DNA of 64,000 bases from an uncultured archaeon (GTDB taxonomy: Archaea > Asgardarchaeota > Thorarchaeia > Thorarchaeales > Thorarchaeaceae), in contig CAZLEV010000001.1 in NCBI GenBank assembly GCA_964558645.1, positions 189,568 through 253,567 of the forward strand. The letters run 5' to 3'. The notes beneath the pieces were generated by a model that worked only from the letters and a program-made list of their open reading frames with translations, was not told the origin of the DNA and ran no database searches. Below, piece by piece: positions 47,596 through 57,260 of the stretch; position 1 is the first letter of the stretch; each line of letters starts with the position of its first letter. The translations under genes and the position numbers were made by a program.

Positions 47596-49203
47596 CTACG
47601 GTAGTGGTGGGTAGACCGCTGTGCCTCGTTTCCATTCAACCTCGTACCCGTATTCGATTGTATGCTTGTCCTTAGTTGGGATCTCTAGATTCCATGTGAT
47701 AACTCCCAACTCCTGCTTGTCTGGTCCGAGCTTCTCTACGTCTGATTTTACCTGAAGTTCTGGCTCGTTGCTATGGGGGATTCTGTCAATGACCTCTATC
47801 TCAATAGGAGCCTTTGCCAGATTCTCAATGGTCAATCTATACTTGTATCCTCTCCTCAGCTTTCCCCTCGTTAGACCCGCCTTGTAGATGGTCTTGTCAA
47901 CCAGTTTCTTATCGGCCTTGACATCATGGGCAATGCGAGTACCAAGGGTCCTCTTCTCCCGTGGAGATGTGAATGGGATCGTTGTTTCACCTACATATTC
48001 GCCCTCTGCATAGATCTTCGCTTTGCCAGCCATGAGAACACTGTCACCGTTGGTCACTTCATTCTCGGCTACGACATCAGCCATTCCGTCAGGATACCAG
48101 TAATGTAGAGTCTTCGACTCCAGGTCTTCTGAAATAAGGTCTACCGGCCTCATCCGTCCTGACTCAACCGTGACAAGAGATGGAATCTCGTATCTGGCTA
48201 TACCTCCCTCAACTTCTTCAAACTCCGCCTCATCAATCTCCATTTCGGGGGCGGGTGGAGGAGGCGGTGCAGCTGCAAGCTTCGCGCTTGGAGGGGCCGC
48301 CTCTTTGGCCATGAATCTTGCTCCTCCTCCTGTCATGGCCATCGCTGGCCTCGGAACGAACTCTCTGAGAATCAGCGGTCTTCCCTCGATGGCCTCCACA
48401 GGCCTAGCCTGTGCGCTTGAAACCACCATCTCTACTTCTTTCCAATCCTCTTGGGTGTGGTTCCTCACAAGGGCAATCCGCCGCATCTTGGCAGACTTCT
48501 TATCAAGGTCAATGTCGTACTGCGGTCTCCAAGATGCAGACGAACACTGGTAGTCCACATTGAGCAGGATTTCCGATGTCTTCTCTACCTCAAGACTCAC
48601 TTGAATGTCGAAGGTTTCCTTTATGAGTCGGGTTCCCGATTTCTCCGCCATTTGGTGTCTTAAGACTTCGATCTGATCGACAATATCCTTTCTCTCCTTG
48701 GACAGGGCTGCCAGTCTTTCTTTGATCTGCTTTATCATTGACATTGAGGTGCTGTCCATTTCCGCGAGTCTGTCGACTGCGACTTCTCCACCTGCAAAGG
48801 TCCGTCCAAATGTTTCCGAGAAGTCATCCAAGACCCCGTTTACTCCGTTCATGCGACCTTGATTTGTTTCGATGGTATCATCTAGCTCCTGTAGCTTCTT
48901 CTCAAGTTCACGCAGACTCTTCCTGTCATCTGATACATCATCCTCAGCCGTGACAAGTCTAGTCTGTTTAACGACATCGTAGTTGGTGATAGTAGCCGGT
49001 CCCTTCCCAGTGACCCTGAAGCTCTCGCGACCCGCGTCGATAGTTACACCCCGAATCCAAATCCTGCGCGACCCGGACTCGAGCTGCTTGCTTCCTGTTC
49101 TCGTGAGGAGGGCACCATCGAGAAGAACGGTGACCTTACTGATCTTGGTCTTCAAATCGGTCAAGGCAATCTCCTTGCTCTCTGTGTACAGAATCATGCC
49201 CAT
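47596..49203 (-). CDS. DUF4140/DUF4139 (MuiA/TIGR02231-like) protein, paralog A
   Basis: Same motif order as its neighbour; Pro/Ala-rich linker. Confidence 0.85.
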   Translation of the reverse strand: MGMILYTESKEIALTDLKTKISKVTVLLDGALLTRTGSKQLESGSRRIWIRGVTIDAGRESFRVTGKGPATITNYDVVKQTRLVTAEDDVSDDRKSLRELEKKLQELDDTIETNQGRMNGVNGVLDDFSETFGRTFAGGEVAVDRLAEMDSTSMSMIKQIKERLAALSKERKDIVDQIEVLRHQMAEKSGTRLIKETFDIQVSLEVEKTSEILLNVDYQCSSASWRPQYDIDLDKKSAKMRRIALVRNHTQEDWKEVEMVVSSAQARPVEAIEGRPLILREFVPRPAMAMTGGGARFMAKEAAPPSAKLAAAPPPPPAPEMEIDEAEFEEVEGGIARYEIPSLVTVESGRMRPVDLISEDLESKTLHYWYPDGMADVVAENEVTNGDSVLMAGKAKIYAEGEYVGETTIPFTSPREKRTLGTRIAHDVKADKKLVDKTIYKAGLTRGKLRRGYKYRLTIENLAKAPIEIEVIDRIPHSNEPELQVKSDVEKLGPDKQELGVITWNLEIPTKDKHTIEYGYEVEWKRGTAVYPPLP

Positions 49204-49250
49204 TTATCTCTTGAGTCTGAAAGATTCTCCCCTTATGAGCGAGAGGGTAA

Positions 49251-49796
49251 CTAGGACTCTCTCCGTTTCATCCCATAGACCACTGTCCATATCAGCGCAA
49301 GCGCTATGGAGAGAAAGAGAAGAGTCAGCTTGATGGAACTCATGACGGATGCCAGAAGAAGAACCTGTGGCGACGTAGACTGATAGGCATTGAGTTGGGA
49401 CCAGACGAGGACATTCTCGGTGTAATCGAAGGCCGCTGCAATGAAGGGTAGAACTATTGCCACGCGAAGCCTGTGGTCGGGTGCGAGAACCCGTCTATTG
49501 ACCAACGCGATGCATGAGGAGAGGGTGATTGCCAGACTGATTGGGAAACCGGTATCGCAGAGCTGGAAAAGTCGATACACAAAAACCCCGTCATCGCCTA
49601 GGGCCGCAAAGAGGAGGTTTGCATCCTCCGGGGAGTACGCAAGCCTCATGTCCAAGGGTAGCAGGCCTCCCGAGATTGAGAGGAATTGCGGGAGTAAGAA
49701 TAGCATCATTATCATCGAGAATATGATTGTTGCCCCTAGAGCGGCCAAGAGGATTCCTCTATTTGCTGTTTCGTGTAGCCAACGAATCATATCCAT
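49251..49796 (-). CDS. Conserved-type membrane protein
   Basis: 4 TM; LDMRLAY, D..FP, FDY.EN motifs. Confidence 0.65.
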   Translation of the reverse strand: MDMIRWLHETANRGILLAALGATIIFSMIMMLFLLPQFLSISGGLLPLDMRLAYSPEDANLLFAALGDDGVFVYRLFQLCDTGFPISLAITLSSCIALVNRRVLAPDHRLRVAIVLPFIAAAFDYTENVLVWSQLNAYQSTSPQVLLLASVMSSIKLTLLFLSIALALIWTVVYGMKRRES

Positions 49797-49925
49797 GCTC
49801 TATACTAGATGCTGTCTACCTATAATCTGTTGTCTTTGTTGAGAGATTCTAAGATTTTGCCCTGCAATCATATCAAGAGAAACAATTATTGGCGCTGGTA
49901 ACCATTACGTAGTGAGGGCATTCCT

Positions 49926-50777
49926 GTGCAAGAGTCAAGACCAATCAGATCTGCTGTCCTCGTGTTCTTGATGCTATTGGCTTCTATCATGATACAGGGA
50001 ATTCCCGAGGTTGTAGCACCACCGTTTCCTGTTGATTGTACAAGCGGATTTGTGTCTCCCCTGATGAGTGACATCACTATGGATAAGGCCCGCCTCAACG
50101 CTTCAGCTGTCATGACTAACATCTCGAACTCAAACTACAGCTACGCGGTTCACGGCATTTACAGATTCGACCTGCGAAACTCTCGGAATTATAATGCTAC
50201 TATCATACTCGCCCATGCAATGACGGGATCTATGACTGTCCATTCTTTCTCGTTAGACAATTGGATTGATGGTGAAGAGGAGAACTGCACCGCCATTCTC
50301 TATCAGTCAACTGAGCTCCTAGGCCGGTACGACACCTGGGCGCGGTATTCATCAGTCTATCACATTCTCAATGTTACCTTGGTCAACACAACCTCTGTTG
50401 CTCTGTTTGTTGCAGTGTCATTTCAAATCTCGGCTACTGGAGATATCCTGAATCTGGGACTCGCTGCAAGCGATTCCCTGCCTTGGAATCACTCGGCATT
50501 CCAGACAATAGTTCTCTCGGTATTCAACACAACCGTGTTCAGAAACATCAGTTTTGAGCCCCCTGCTAGCACTAGTACTCTCGATGTACTGGACCTAACT
50601 ACTGCACGTTGGGAACTGAATATGACGAGTTTCAGTGAGAAGTACGTCCTTACCGAACTTGTGCAGAACATTTACGAGCCGCCAGGATACGACCCGTTTC
50701 CAGCAATTGCTCTGGTTGTGTTGATCATCCTAGGGGGCCTAGTCGTCGTGAAGAGATATGCTAGAAGCCAAGACTGA
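49926..50777 (+). CDS. Hypothetical surface glycoprotein
   Basis: Signal peptide, many N-x-S/T sequons, C-terminal TM and basic tail. Confidence 0.65.
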   Translation: MQESRPIRSAVLVFLMLLASIMIQGIPEVVAPPFPVDCTSGFVSPLMSDITMDKARLNASAVMTNISNSNYSYAVHGIYRFDLRNSRNYNATIILAHAMTGSMTVHSFSLDNWIDGEEENCTAILYQSTELLGRYDTWARYSSVYHILNVTLVNTTSVALFVAVSFQISATGDILNLGLAASDSLPWNHSAFQTIVLSVFNTTVFRNISFEPPASTSTLDVLDLTTARWELNMTSFSEKYVLTELVQNIYEPPGYDPFPAIALVVLIILGGLVVVKRYARSQD

Positions 50778-51049
50778 AGTGCCGGAGATAGATTCCAGAC
50801 TGCACAGCGCTTCAATGAAGTCGCTGACTGCGAGGACGAAGGAGATCGTAGTAGAAGCCGTCCGCTATGCCGGTCCGATTCCTATCTTGGCGTCAGGGAA
50901 CATCTTCAGGACAGCTTGAGCCATTACATGAGATAGGGCGTGTCTGAGTCTGTGTAGGCCCTCTTCCATTCTGGTTCAGCTCGCTATTCGCTATGCTCTA
51001 CTCGGTCAAGTCAAGAAAGGTTTGTACCTGAGAGTAACGAAGACCCAAT

Positions 51050-51808
51050 CTATTCGATTTCTGGATAGAGTCTCAACGTGTTCTCACGGATGATCTCTCG
51101 CAGTTCTTCTCTACCTCTCTTGAGAATAGAAGCTATCTCGTCTAAGACCAAGGGCACATTGCTTGGTTCATTTCGTTGTCCTTTCTCAGCCCCAAGAACA
51201 GGACTGTCCGTTTCGAGCAACAGATGCTCAATTTCGGTAGCCCTTACAAGCTTCTGCTTCTGCCTGGACCTAACAACCGAATTGGGAACTGAGAAGTAGT
51301 AGCCGAGCTCGCGTGATGCTTCTCTGGCGTAACCAGCACGTCCGTCAAAGGCATGCATATGCACTCGGGTGGCGTTGGCTTGCTCCAATACTTCGAGCGC
51401 TTTTTTCCCGGCTGACCTCGAATGAACCTGAATCGGTTTTTGCAGTTCATCTGCCAAGCTGATGAACTCTTGGAACACGTGTTCTTGTAACCCTCTCTGG
51501 ACATGGTTGCGTATGATGAAGTGATCCAGTCCCACTTCACCGACTGCAGTAATCTCCTCCGCGTGTTGCCGGATGTACTCCATTGCCGCGTCATAGGGCT
51601 CGAACTGTGTGGGGTCTAGGCCGATTGAAGCAAAGACCCCATCATGTGAGTGTGAGAGCCTAAGGGCCGTATCCCAGGTTTTGGGACTTATCGCCGAAGT
51701 AATCATAGCAATCCGGAATCCGAGCGCGCGCTTGATGACTTCCTCACGGTCATCAGAGAACTCATCCTGCTCAATGTGGCAGTGAGTGTCGATGAAGTCC
51801 CAGTTCAT
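51050..51808 (-). CDS. tatD: TatD-family hydrolase/DNase
   Basis: DTHCH, GEVGLD, VHSR, HAF, LLETDSP, NEP. Confidence 0.92.
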   Translation of the reverse strand: MNWDFIDTHCHIEQDEFSDDREEVIKRALGFRIAMITSAISPKTWDTALRLSHSHDGVFASIGLDPTQFEPYDAAMEYIRQHAEEITAVGEVGLDHFIIRNHVQRGLQEHVFQEFISLADELQKPIQVHSRSAGKKALEVLEQANATRVHMHAFDGRAGYAREASRELGYYFSVPNSVVRSRQKQKLVRATEIEHLLLETDSPVLGAEKGQRNEPSNVPLVLDEIASILKRGREELREIIRENTLRLYPEIE

Positions 51809-51927
51809 GGCCGATAGCCTCTGGTGAGTCAGCTTCCATTCTACTATATCAAACTGAGGATTCGGACTCCTGCGGTCAAGAACATTTGGCCATAGTATTA
51901 TGAAGGATGCACGCCATGGATTAGGCT

Positions 51928-52452
51928 ATGAAACCACAAAGCGTTTCTCTGGAGGATGGTCGGACAGTCCTTCTTCGACAGCGAACACGGAAAGACGCGG
52001 AGGGCCTCTACAATCTGTTCTCATCACTATCAGAGGATGCAAAACGCTGGACAATGGCACCCATCACTCGACAACGTATTGAGATGTGGCTGTCTCAGGA
52101 AGAACAGGTCATTGCGATTGTTGCGGTTTCGGATGAGAAGATCATAGGACAGTCCGTTGTCTTCATGTACGGTCATCACCGATACAAGAACTGTGCAGAG
52201 CTTGGAATCCAGGTGCATCAAGACTTCCAAGGTGTTGGGCTGGGAACAGTCATGACAGAGCGATGTATCAGGCTAGCGGAGGAGGCGGGTATTCACCGCC
52301 TGTCATTGGAGGTAGTCGCAGAGAACCATGTAGCAATCCACCTCTACCAAAAGCTCGGGTTCCAAGAGGAAGGCCGGAAACGAGAGGCATTCTTTGGAGA
52401 TGACGGAAACTACCATGACATGGTGATGATGGGGCAGATTCTGGATCGATGA
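51928..52452 (+). CDS. GNAT acetyltransferase
   Basis: VHQDFQGVGLG, N..AI.LY.KLGF..EG. Confidence 0.88.
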   Translation: MKPQSVSLEDGRTVLLRQRTRKDAEGLYNLFSSLSEDAKRWTMAPITRQRIEMWLSQEEQVIAIVAVSDEKIIGQSVVFMYGHHRYKNCAELGIQVHQDFQGVGLGTVMTERCIRLAEEAGIHRLSLEVVAENHVAIHLYQKLGFQEEGRKREAFFGDDGNYHDMVMMGQILDR

Positions 52453-52558
52453 ACCACTACCGGCAAGTCTAGGACTGAATCCCATGTGATTTCCAAACGA
52501 ACGCCAGCTGAGGGAACACTCAAATGGCAAATTGCGTCATGAGCAGGAAGGTTTTGCT

Positions 52559-53062
52559 ATGTCTTCGTACAAATGGCGAGAGTTCGACCCGCCTGAGAAG
52601 GGCCTGAATGAGGGTGAAACCGTGGAATGGAGCCAGAAGGCGGGGGTCGAGTTCACCCTCATCTTCTGTAGCGTTTGCCTCCCCTTGGCCTCCGTCTTTT
52701 TCGCCTATCCCATTGTTCTATTCTTGGGAGATCAGATTGGGGCGACTGTTCTCATAGGCGTGGGGATCATGATTCTCTACTTCTTCGGTCAGATGATAGG
52801 AAGGAAGAGGACGAAGTACTTCCTGACTTCAGAGCGCCTGCTTGAAGTGAGGGGCGGCATAGTCGAATATGAGATTCCGTTGGCGAATCTTCGAGGTTTT
52901 GCCCCTGCGGATTTCATGAGTACCAAACTATCCCATGATGATGGGCCCTACAACTACTACAACATAGTCATAGAGGATCCGGTACAGGGCAGTTCTATAC
53001 GGATGACGGCCATGCGTGAAGATATAGTTGAGATCGTTCGTGGACTCGGAGATTCGGGGTAG
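52559..53062 (+). CDS. Hypothetical membrane protein (2 TM plus PH-like)
   Basis: L..GE.V.W, Y.LT..RL pattern; start at ATG 52559. Confidence 0.6.
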   Translation: MSSYKWREFDPPEKGLNEGETVEWSQKAGVEFTLIFCSVCLPLASVFFAYPIVLFLGDQIGATVLIGVGIMILYFFGQMIGRKRTKYFLTSERLLEVRGGIVEYEIPLANLRGFAPADFMSTKLSHDDGPYNYYNIVIEDPVQGSSIRMTAMREDIVEIVRGLGDSG

Positions 53063-53105
53063 GTATCTGCAAATGTTTATCTGACTGAGCACAGAGCGAG
53101 GTATC

Positions 53106-55184
53106 ATGCCGACCCCTCCCGCTGCTAAGAAGGAGCCTCATGAAACAGAGATACACAATAGAGTTCTCAAGGACGATTACTTCTGGTTGAGAAACAAGGA
53201 TTCAGAGGACGTTCTCGAGTATCTCAGTGCAGAGAACGAGTACACCCTGAAGATGATGAGAGGGACAGAAGAGCTTCAACAGGAACTTTTTGAAGAGATG
53301 AAGGCACGTATCAGAGAGGACGACCAGAGTGCTCCAATCAGATATGGAGATTACTACTATTACTACAGGCAGATAAGAGGCAAGAACTACAAGGTGCATT
53401 GTAGGAAGGAGGGCTCTCTTGAGGCCCCGGAGCAGGTCATCTTAGATGAGAACGCCCTTGCAGAGAGTCAGAAATATCTCAATATCGGATCTTTGAAGAT
53501 CAGCAATGACCAGACCCTCCTTGCGTATACAGTGGACTTCTCAGGCGATGAGACCTATGAGGCGCATGTCGTTTCTCTACTGACTGGTGAGATTGTTGAC
53601 CGATTAGATCGCATTGGTGCCCAACTTGAATGGGCTGAGGACGATTCTGCACTATTCTACACCGAGCTTGATGATATCCACAGGGATTACGCAGTTTCAC
53701 GCCATTTGCTAAGAACTGAACAAGAGCAGGATGGACGAATCTTTGAGGAGGATGACACCCGCTTTAGCGTCCGTCTGAGAAAGGCAGCTGACGAAACATA
53801 TCTCTTCATCTACTCGGTAAATTTCCCTTCAGAGACCGTGGAAGTAAGATATCTTGATCTGGAGGACGATAAGCAGAAGCTCTTCACTTTGTTCTCAAGA
53901 AAGCTAGAGTCAGAGTTTGTTGTGGAGCATCATGAAGGGAGCTTCTATTTTCTTACTGATCATGAAGACGCAATCTCTTTCCGATTGATGAAGACTTCAG
54001 TCGAAAGCGTTGGAGAAGACAGCTGGCAATCGGTCAGAGAGAGAATGTTCGTAGCAAGGATGCCCGAGCTTGTTGTTTTTCGTGAGCACCTAGTCATCTT
54101 ATCGAGAAGTGAGGGATATGCCTCACTCACCGTACACAATCTATCATCCGGAGATGCACATGATATTCAACTCCAAGAGGATATCTACGACATCAGTCTA
54201 TCTCTTGCACGTTTCTCCCAAGTCTTCTACTTCGGAAATCCTGAATACGACACTGAAACACTGAGGTTCTACTTCAGCTCGCTTGTCACGCCACAGACAT
54301 CCTATGATTATAACATGGTCACGCGGGAGCTTGAAACGAAAAAAGTACATGAGATTAGGGGCTTCGATCCATCTCAGTATACCGCCGAGAGAAGATATGC
54401 TAGCGCTTCTGATGGTTCCAAAATACCAATCTCATTGGCGTATCGCAAGGACACTCCACTGGACGGGAGTTCTGCACTGCTCCTGTATGGCTACGGCTCT
54501 TATGGCTATGGCATGGACCCTAGCTTTGATCATAAACGACTGAGCCTCTTGGAGCGGGGGATGATCTTCGCCATTGCGCACATTCGGGGCGGTGGCGAGT
54601 TCGGAAAGAGATGGTACCATCAGGGTAAACTACAACACAAGATGAACACTTTCACTGATTTCATCACATGTGCAGAGTACCTTATTTCGGAGGGCTACAC
54701 AAGAAGCGATAGGCTCTGTGTCTGGGGTGGTAGTGCAGGGGGCTTACTGATGGGCGCTATCACAAATATCCGTCCCGACCTCTTCGGATGCGTTGTGGCG
54801 TCGGTACCCTTCGTTGACGTGATCAACACGATGCTTGACGACACAATTCCCCTTACCACCTTCGAGTATACGGAGTGGGGTGATCCACGCATCGAGGAGC
54901 AGTTCGAATGGATGATGTGTTATTCTCCCTACGACAACGTGGAAAGGAAGGACTACCCGCCCATACTGATTACAGCAGGCTACAATGACCCCCGCGTGCA
55001 GTACTGGGAGCCCGCGAAATGGACTGCAAGACTTCGTCGCATGAAGACCGACCGGAATAGGCTGTTGCTTAAGACCAAGATGGAAATAGGGCACTTCAGC
55101 TCAAGTGGCCGGTATGACTACATGAAAGACTACGCATTCAACTACGCATTCATTCTTGATACACTGGGTCTGAACCACTCCTAG
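53106..55184 (+). CDS. ptrB: Oligopeptidase B (S9A serine peptidase)
   Basis: DDYFWLR, GYGSYG, RGGGE.G..W, GGSAGG, NDPRVQYWEPAKW, GH. Confidence 0.93.
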   Translation: MPTPPAAKKEPHETEIHNRVLKDDYFWLRNKDSEDVLEYLSAENEYTLKMMRGTEELQQELFEEMKARIREDDQSAPIRYGDYYYYYRQIRGKNYKVHCRKEGSLEAPEQVILDENALAESQKYLNIGSLKISNDQTLLAYTVDFSGDETYEAHVVSLLTGEIVDRLDRIGAQLEWAEDDSALFYTELDDIHRDYAVSRHLLRTEQEQDGRIFEEDDTRFSVRLRKAADETYLFIYSVNFPSETVEVRYLDLEDDKQKLFTLFSRKLESEFVVEHHEGSFYFLTDHEDAISFRLMKTSVESVGEDSWQSVRERMFVARMPELVVFREHLVILSRSEGYASLTVHNLSSGDAHDIQLQEDIYDISLSLARFSQVFYFGNPEYDTETLRFYFSSLVTPQTSYDYNMVTRELETKKVHEIRGFDPSQYTAERRYASASDGSKIPISLAYRKDTPLDGSSALLLYGYGSYGYGMDPSFDHKRLSLLERGMIFAIAHIRGGGEFGKRWYHQGKLQHKMNTFTDFITCAEYLISEGYTRSDRLCVWGGSAGGLLMGAITNIRPDLFGCVVASVPFVDVINTMLDDTIPLTTFEYTEWGDPRIEEQFEWMMCYSPYDNVERKDYPPILITAGYNDPRVQYWEPAKWTARLRRMKTDRNRLLLKTKMEIGHFSSSGRYDYMKDYAFNYAFILDTLGLNHS

Positions 55185-55248
55185 CCGGAGCGCGGTCGTC
55201 TGCGTTGTTGTGACAATGCTCTGGTTTTTTATGTTAGACTGGGACTGA

Positions 55249-56019
55249 ATGCGTATGCGAGCTGCAATTATCGGCGGGTCCGGATTCTATCGTTTCTTTG
55301 AAGGAGAAACAGGGAAGAGAACTACTCCCTATGGAGAGAGCAGCCCTGTCACGGAGTTTCAGGTAAATGATGAAACAGTCTTCTTCTTGCCCCGGCATGG
55401 TAGGGAGCACTCAGTACCTCCCCACCTCGTGAACTATCGGGCGAATGTGTACGCTCTTCGTGACCTTGACATCACGCACGTTGTGGCGACCAATGCCGTG
55501 GGTAGTTGCCGCACCGAGATGAAACCGGGTGACATTGTTGTGCCCGATCAACTCATAGACTCTACGGTCGGTAGGGTGTCAACCTTCTTCGTTGGAGACT
55601 CCGATGAGAAGATACCGGCTGAGTTCAAGACGGTACAGCATACGGATGTGAGTTATCCCTACGAGGGAGAGGTCAGACAGGCACTTCTTGATGCCCTTGC
55701 CGAACATGATGACATCATCTACCATTCAGTGGGTACGTACGTCTGCAACAATGGTCCTCGGTTTGAAACCGCCGCAGAAGTGAAGATGGCACGCATACTA
55801 GGAGGGCATATTCTGGGAATGACTTCTGCACCTGAGGCGTTTCTGGCACGGGAGTTGGGCATGGACTACGCGACCATCTGCTTGATTACTAACTACGGGG
55901 CGGGGATGCAGGATTCGGTGTCCCACGAGGAAGTACTCGAGCTGTTCAACGAGCGCATCGAAGTTGTCAGAGATATCATTCTCGACTGCACGAAATCTCT
56001 CCTTATGATGAAGAGGTAG
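55249..56019 (+). CDS. Methylthioadenosine/methylthioinosine phosphorylase (MTAP/PNP family)
   Basis: IIGGSG, TPYG, PRHG..H..PPH, AVGS, GPRFET.AE, GMT..PE. Confidence 0.9.
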   Translation: MRMRAAIIGGSGFYRFFEGETGKRTTPYGESSPVTEFQVNDETVFFLPRHGREHSVPPHLVNYRANVYALRDLDITHVVATNAVGSCRTEMKPGDIVVPDQLIDSTVGRVSTFFVGDSDEKIPAEFKTVQHTDVSYPYEGEVRQALLDALAEHDDIIYHSVGTYVCNNGPRFETAAEVKMARILGGHILGMTSAPEAFLARELGMDYATICLITNYGAGMQDSVSHEEVLELFNERIEVVRDIILDCTKSLLMMKR

Positions 56020-56253
56020 CAGAACCTGAGATATCGTGAGCATCTATGTACTGAGAGACTCGTAGATCATCTTTCTCTTCTGCGAGAGTCGATGCATCGA
56101 ATCATCATGGCGCGAAACGCCTCTCAGAAGCCTCGAGAAACTCAGGTCTTCTTCTGATTCATCGCATCTTGAGGAAACAACTTGGAGCGAAGAGCGCAGT
56201 CTATAAATGATAAATCCTGCTGAGAGAAATCCTCAGGTATTCGGTCTGACGAG

Positions 56254-56568
56254 GTGTGCTTATTGGATGATTCTGGTATACGGGTTAAAATCTTCGAGAG
56301 CCGAGGCGAAACATCAGTCTTCATTGATGCCGAGGTCAATAATCAAGGCGACTTGGTCATGTCCGGTCAGGACATTGGAAAAGCGCCTGAAGAGTACTTC
56401 GGAGACTCCGACTATGAGTACTGGGTTGTTGTGAAGGACGAGCATAAGGACCGGGTGCTTCTTTCCCTGATGGAAGAAGTATATGGTGGCAACTCTAAGG
56501 CAGTGACAGCTTTCATACAGCTGATGAAATCGAAAGGCATCCCATACGAGTTTAGTACTTGGACGTAA
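56254..56568 (+). CDS. Small hypothetical protein
   Basis: 104-aa ORF, GQDIG...FGDSDYEY; TATAAA upstream. Confidence 0.6.
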   Translation: MCLLDDSGIRVKIFESRGETSVFIDAEVNNQGDLVMSGQDIGKAPEEYFGDSDYEYWVVVKDEHKDRVLLSLMEEVYGGNSKAVTAFIQLMKSKGIPYEFSTWT

Positions 56569-56628
56569 CTTGGAGTCGCCTCCTTCACGGAATCACTGTG
56601 GGTTGCTAGGTCACTCTTTACAGAAGTA

Positions 56629-56980
56629 ATGACTACTAAGGAGTGGGTTGCTGTCACAACGGGAGGCACCCAACGACCCAGTTGCCCCTGACCAGCAGAT
56701 TGATTCAACGGGCATCAAAGAGTCAATCCTCCTCGCAGGAGATTGAAACAGTGAATTGCATTTGTCCCGGAGCCATAGACACTCCAATGCTGGAGCGCGT
56801 TAAGGGTTGGCAGGGGAGCTCGAAGAGGTCCGTGCCAGAAGGGTCAAGGGCTATCCACTTGGGCGATTTGAAAGACCTGATGAGGTTGCGCAATCTGTTC
56901 TCTTCCTCTCGTCTGGTATGTCCTCGTTGATCCGCGAAGTAGTCCTTGTAGTTGATGGTGGTTTCAGTTCGCTTTGGGTC
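56629..56980 (+). pseudogene. Short-chain dehydrogenase/reductase remnant
   Basis: VAVTTGG N-terminal relic, VNCICPGAIDTPM, then frameshift to PLGRFERPDEVA..VLFL.S...VVDGG; catalytic YxxxK region missing. Confidence 0.75.
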
Positions 56981-57260
56981 TGGGCAGAACCAAGTACGGT
57001 AGCATTCAAGAAGGCAACGCTTGCGATTCCTGTCATCTGGGTCCTACGAATCATAGAGCGGCCAGATTAGAACCCGCGAAGCAGTCATATCATGTGGTGG
57101 ATTGGCAGAACCTTTCTCTTCGTGGTTTCTGTTCTGTTTCCAGGGGTTCATGGACTGATGAAGGAGCTGTATATCGATGAGATTTGATTAGATCTGAACG
57201 CTTCATATGCATTATTCCATTTGAGCGCAGCCTCATGACCTCACCGCAGCAATCGAAGTT

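Noticed and set aside
47590-47598. TAG readthrough (pyrrolysine) fusing in-frame paralog pairs here and at 60072
   Set aside because: TAG is the commonest ordinary stop in this window and no pyl genes are visible.
56051-56120. Hammerhead ribozyme (CTGAGA...GAAA)
   Set aside because: The stem after CTGAGA is followed by GATG, not GAAA; stems I and III cannot be formed.
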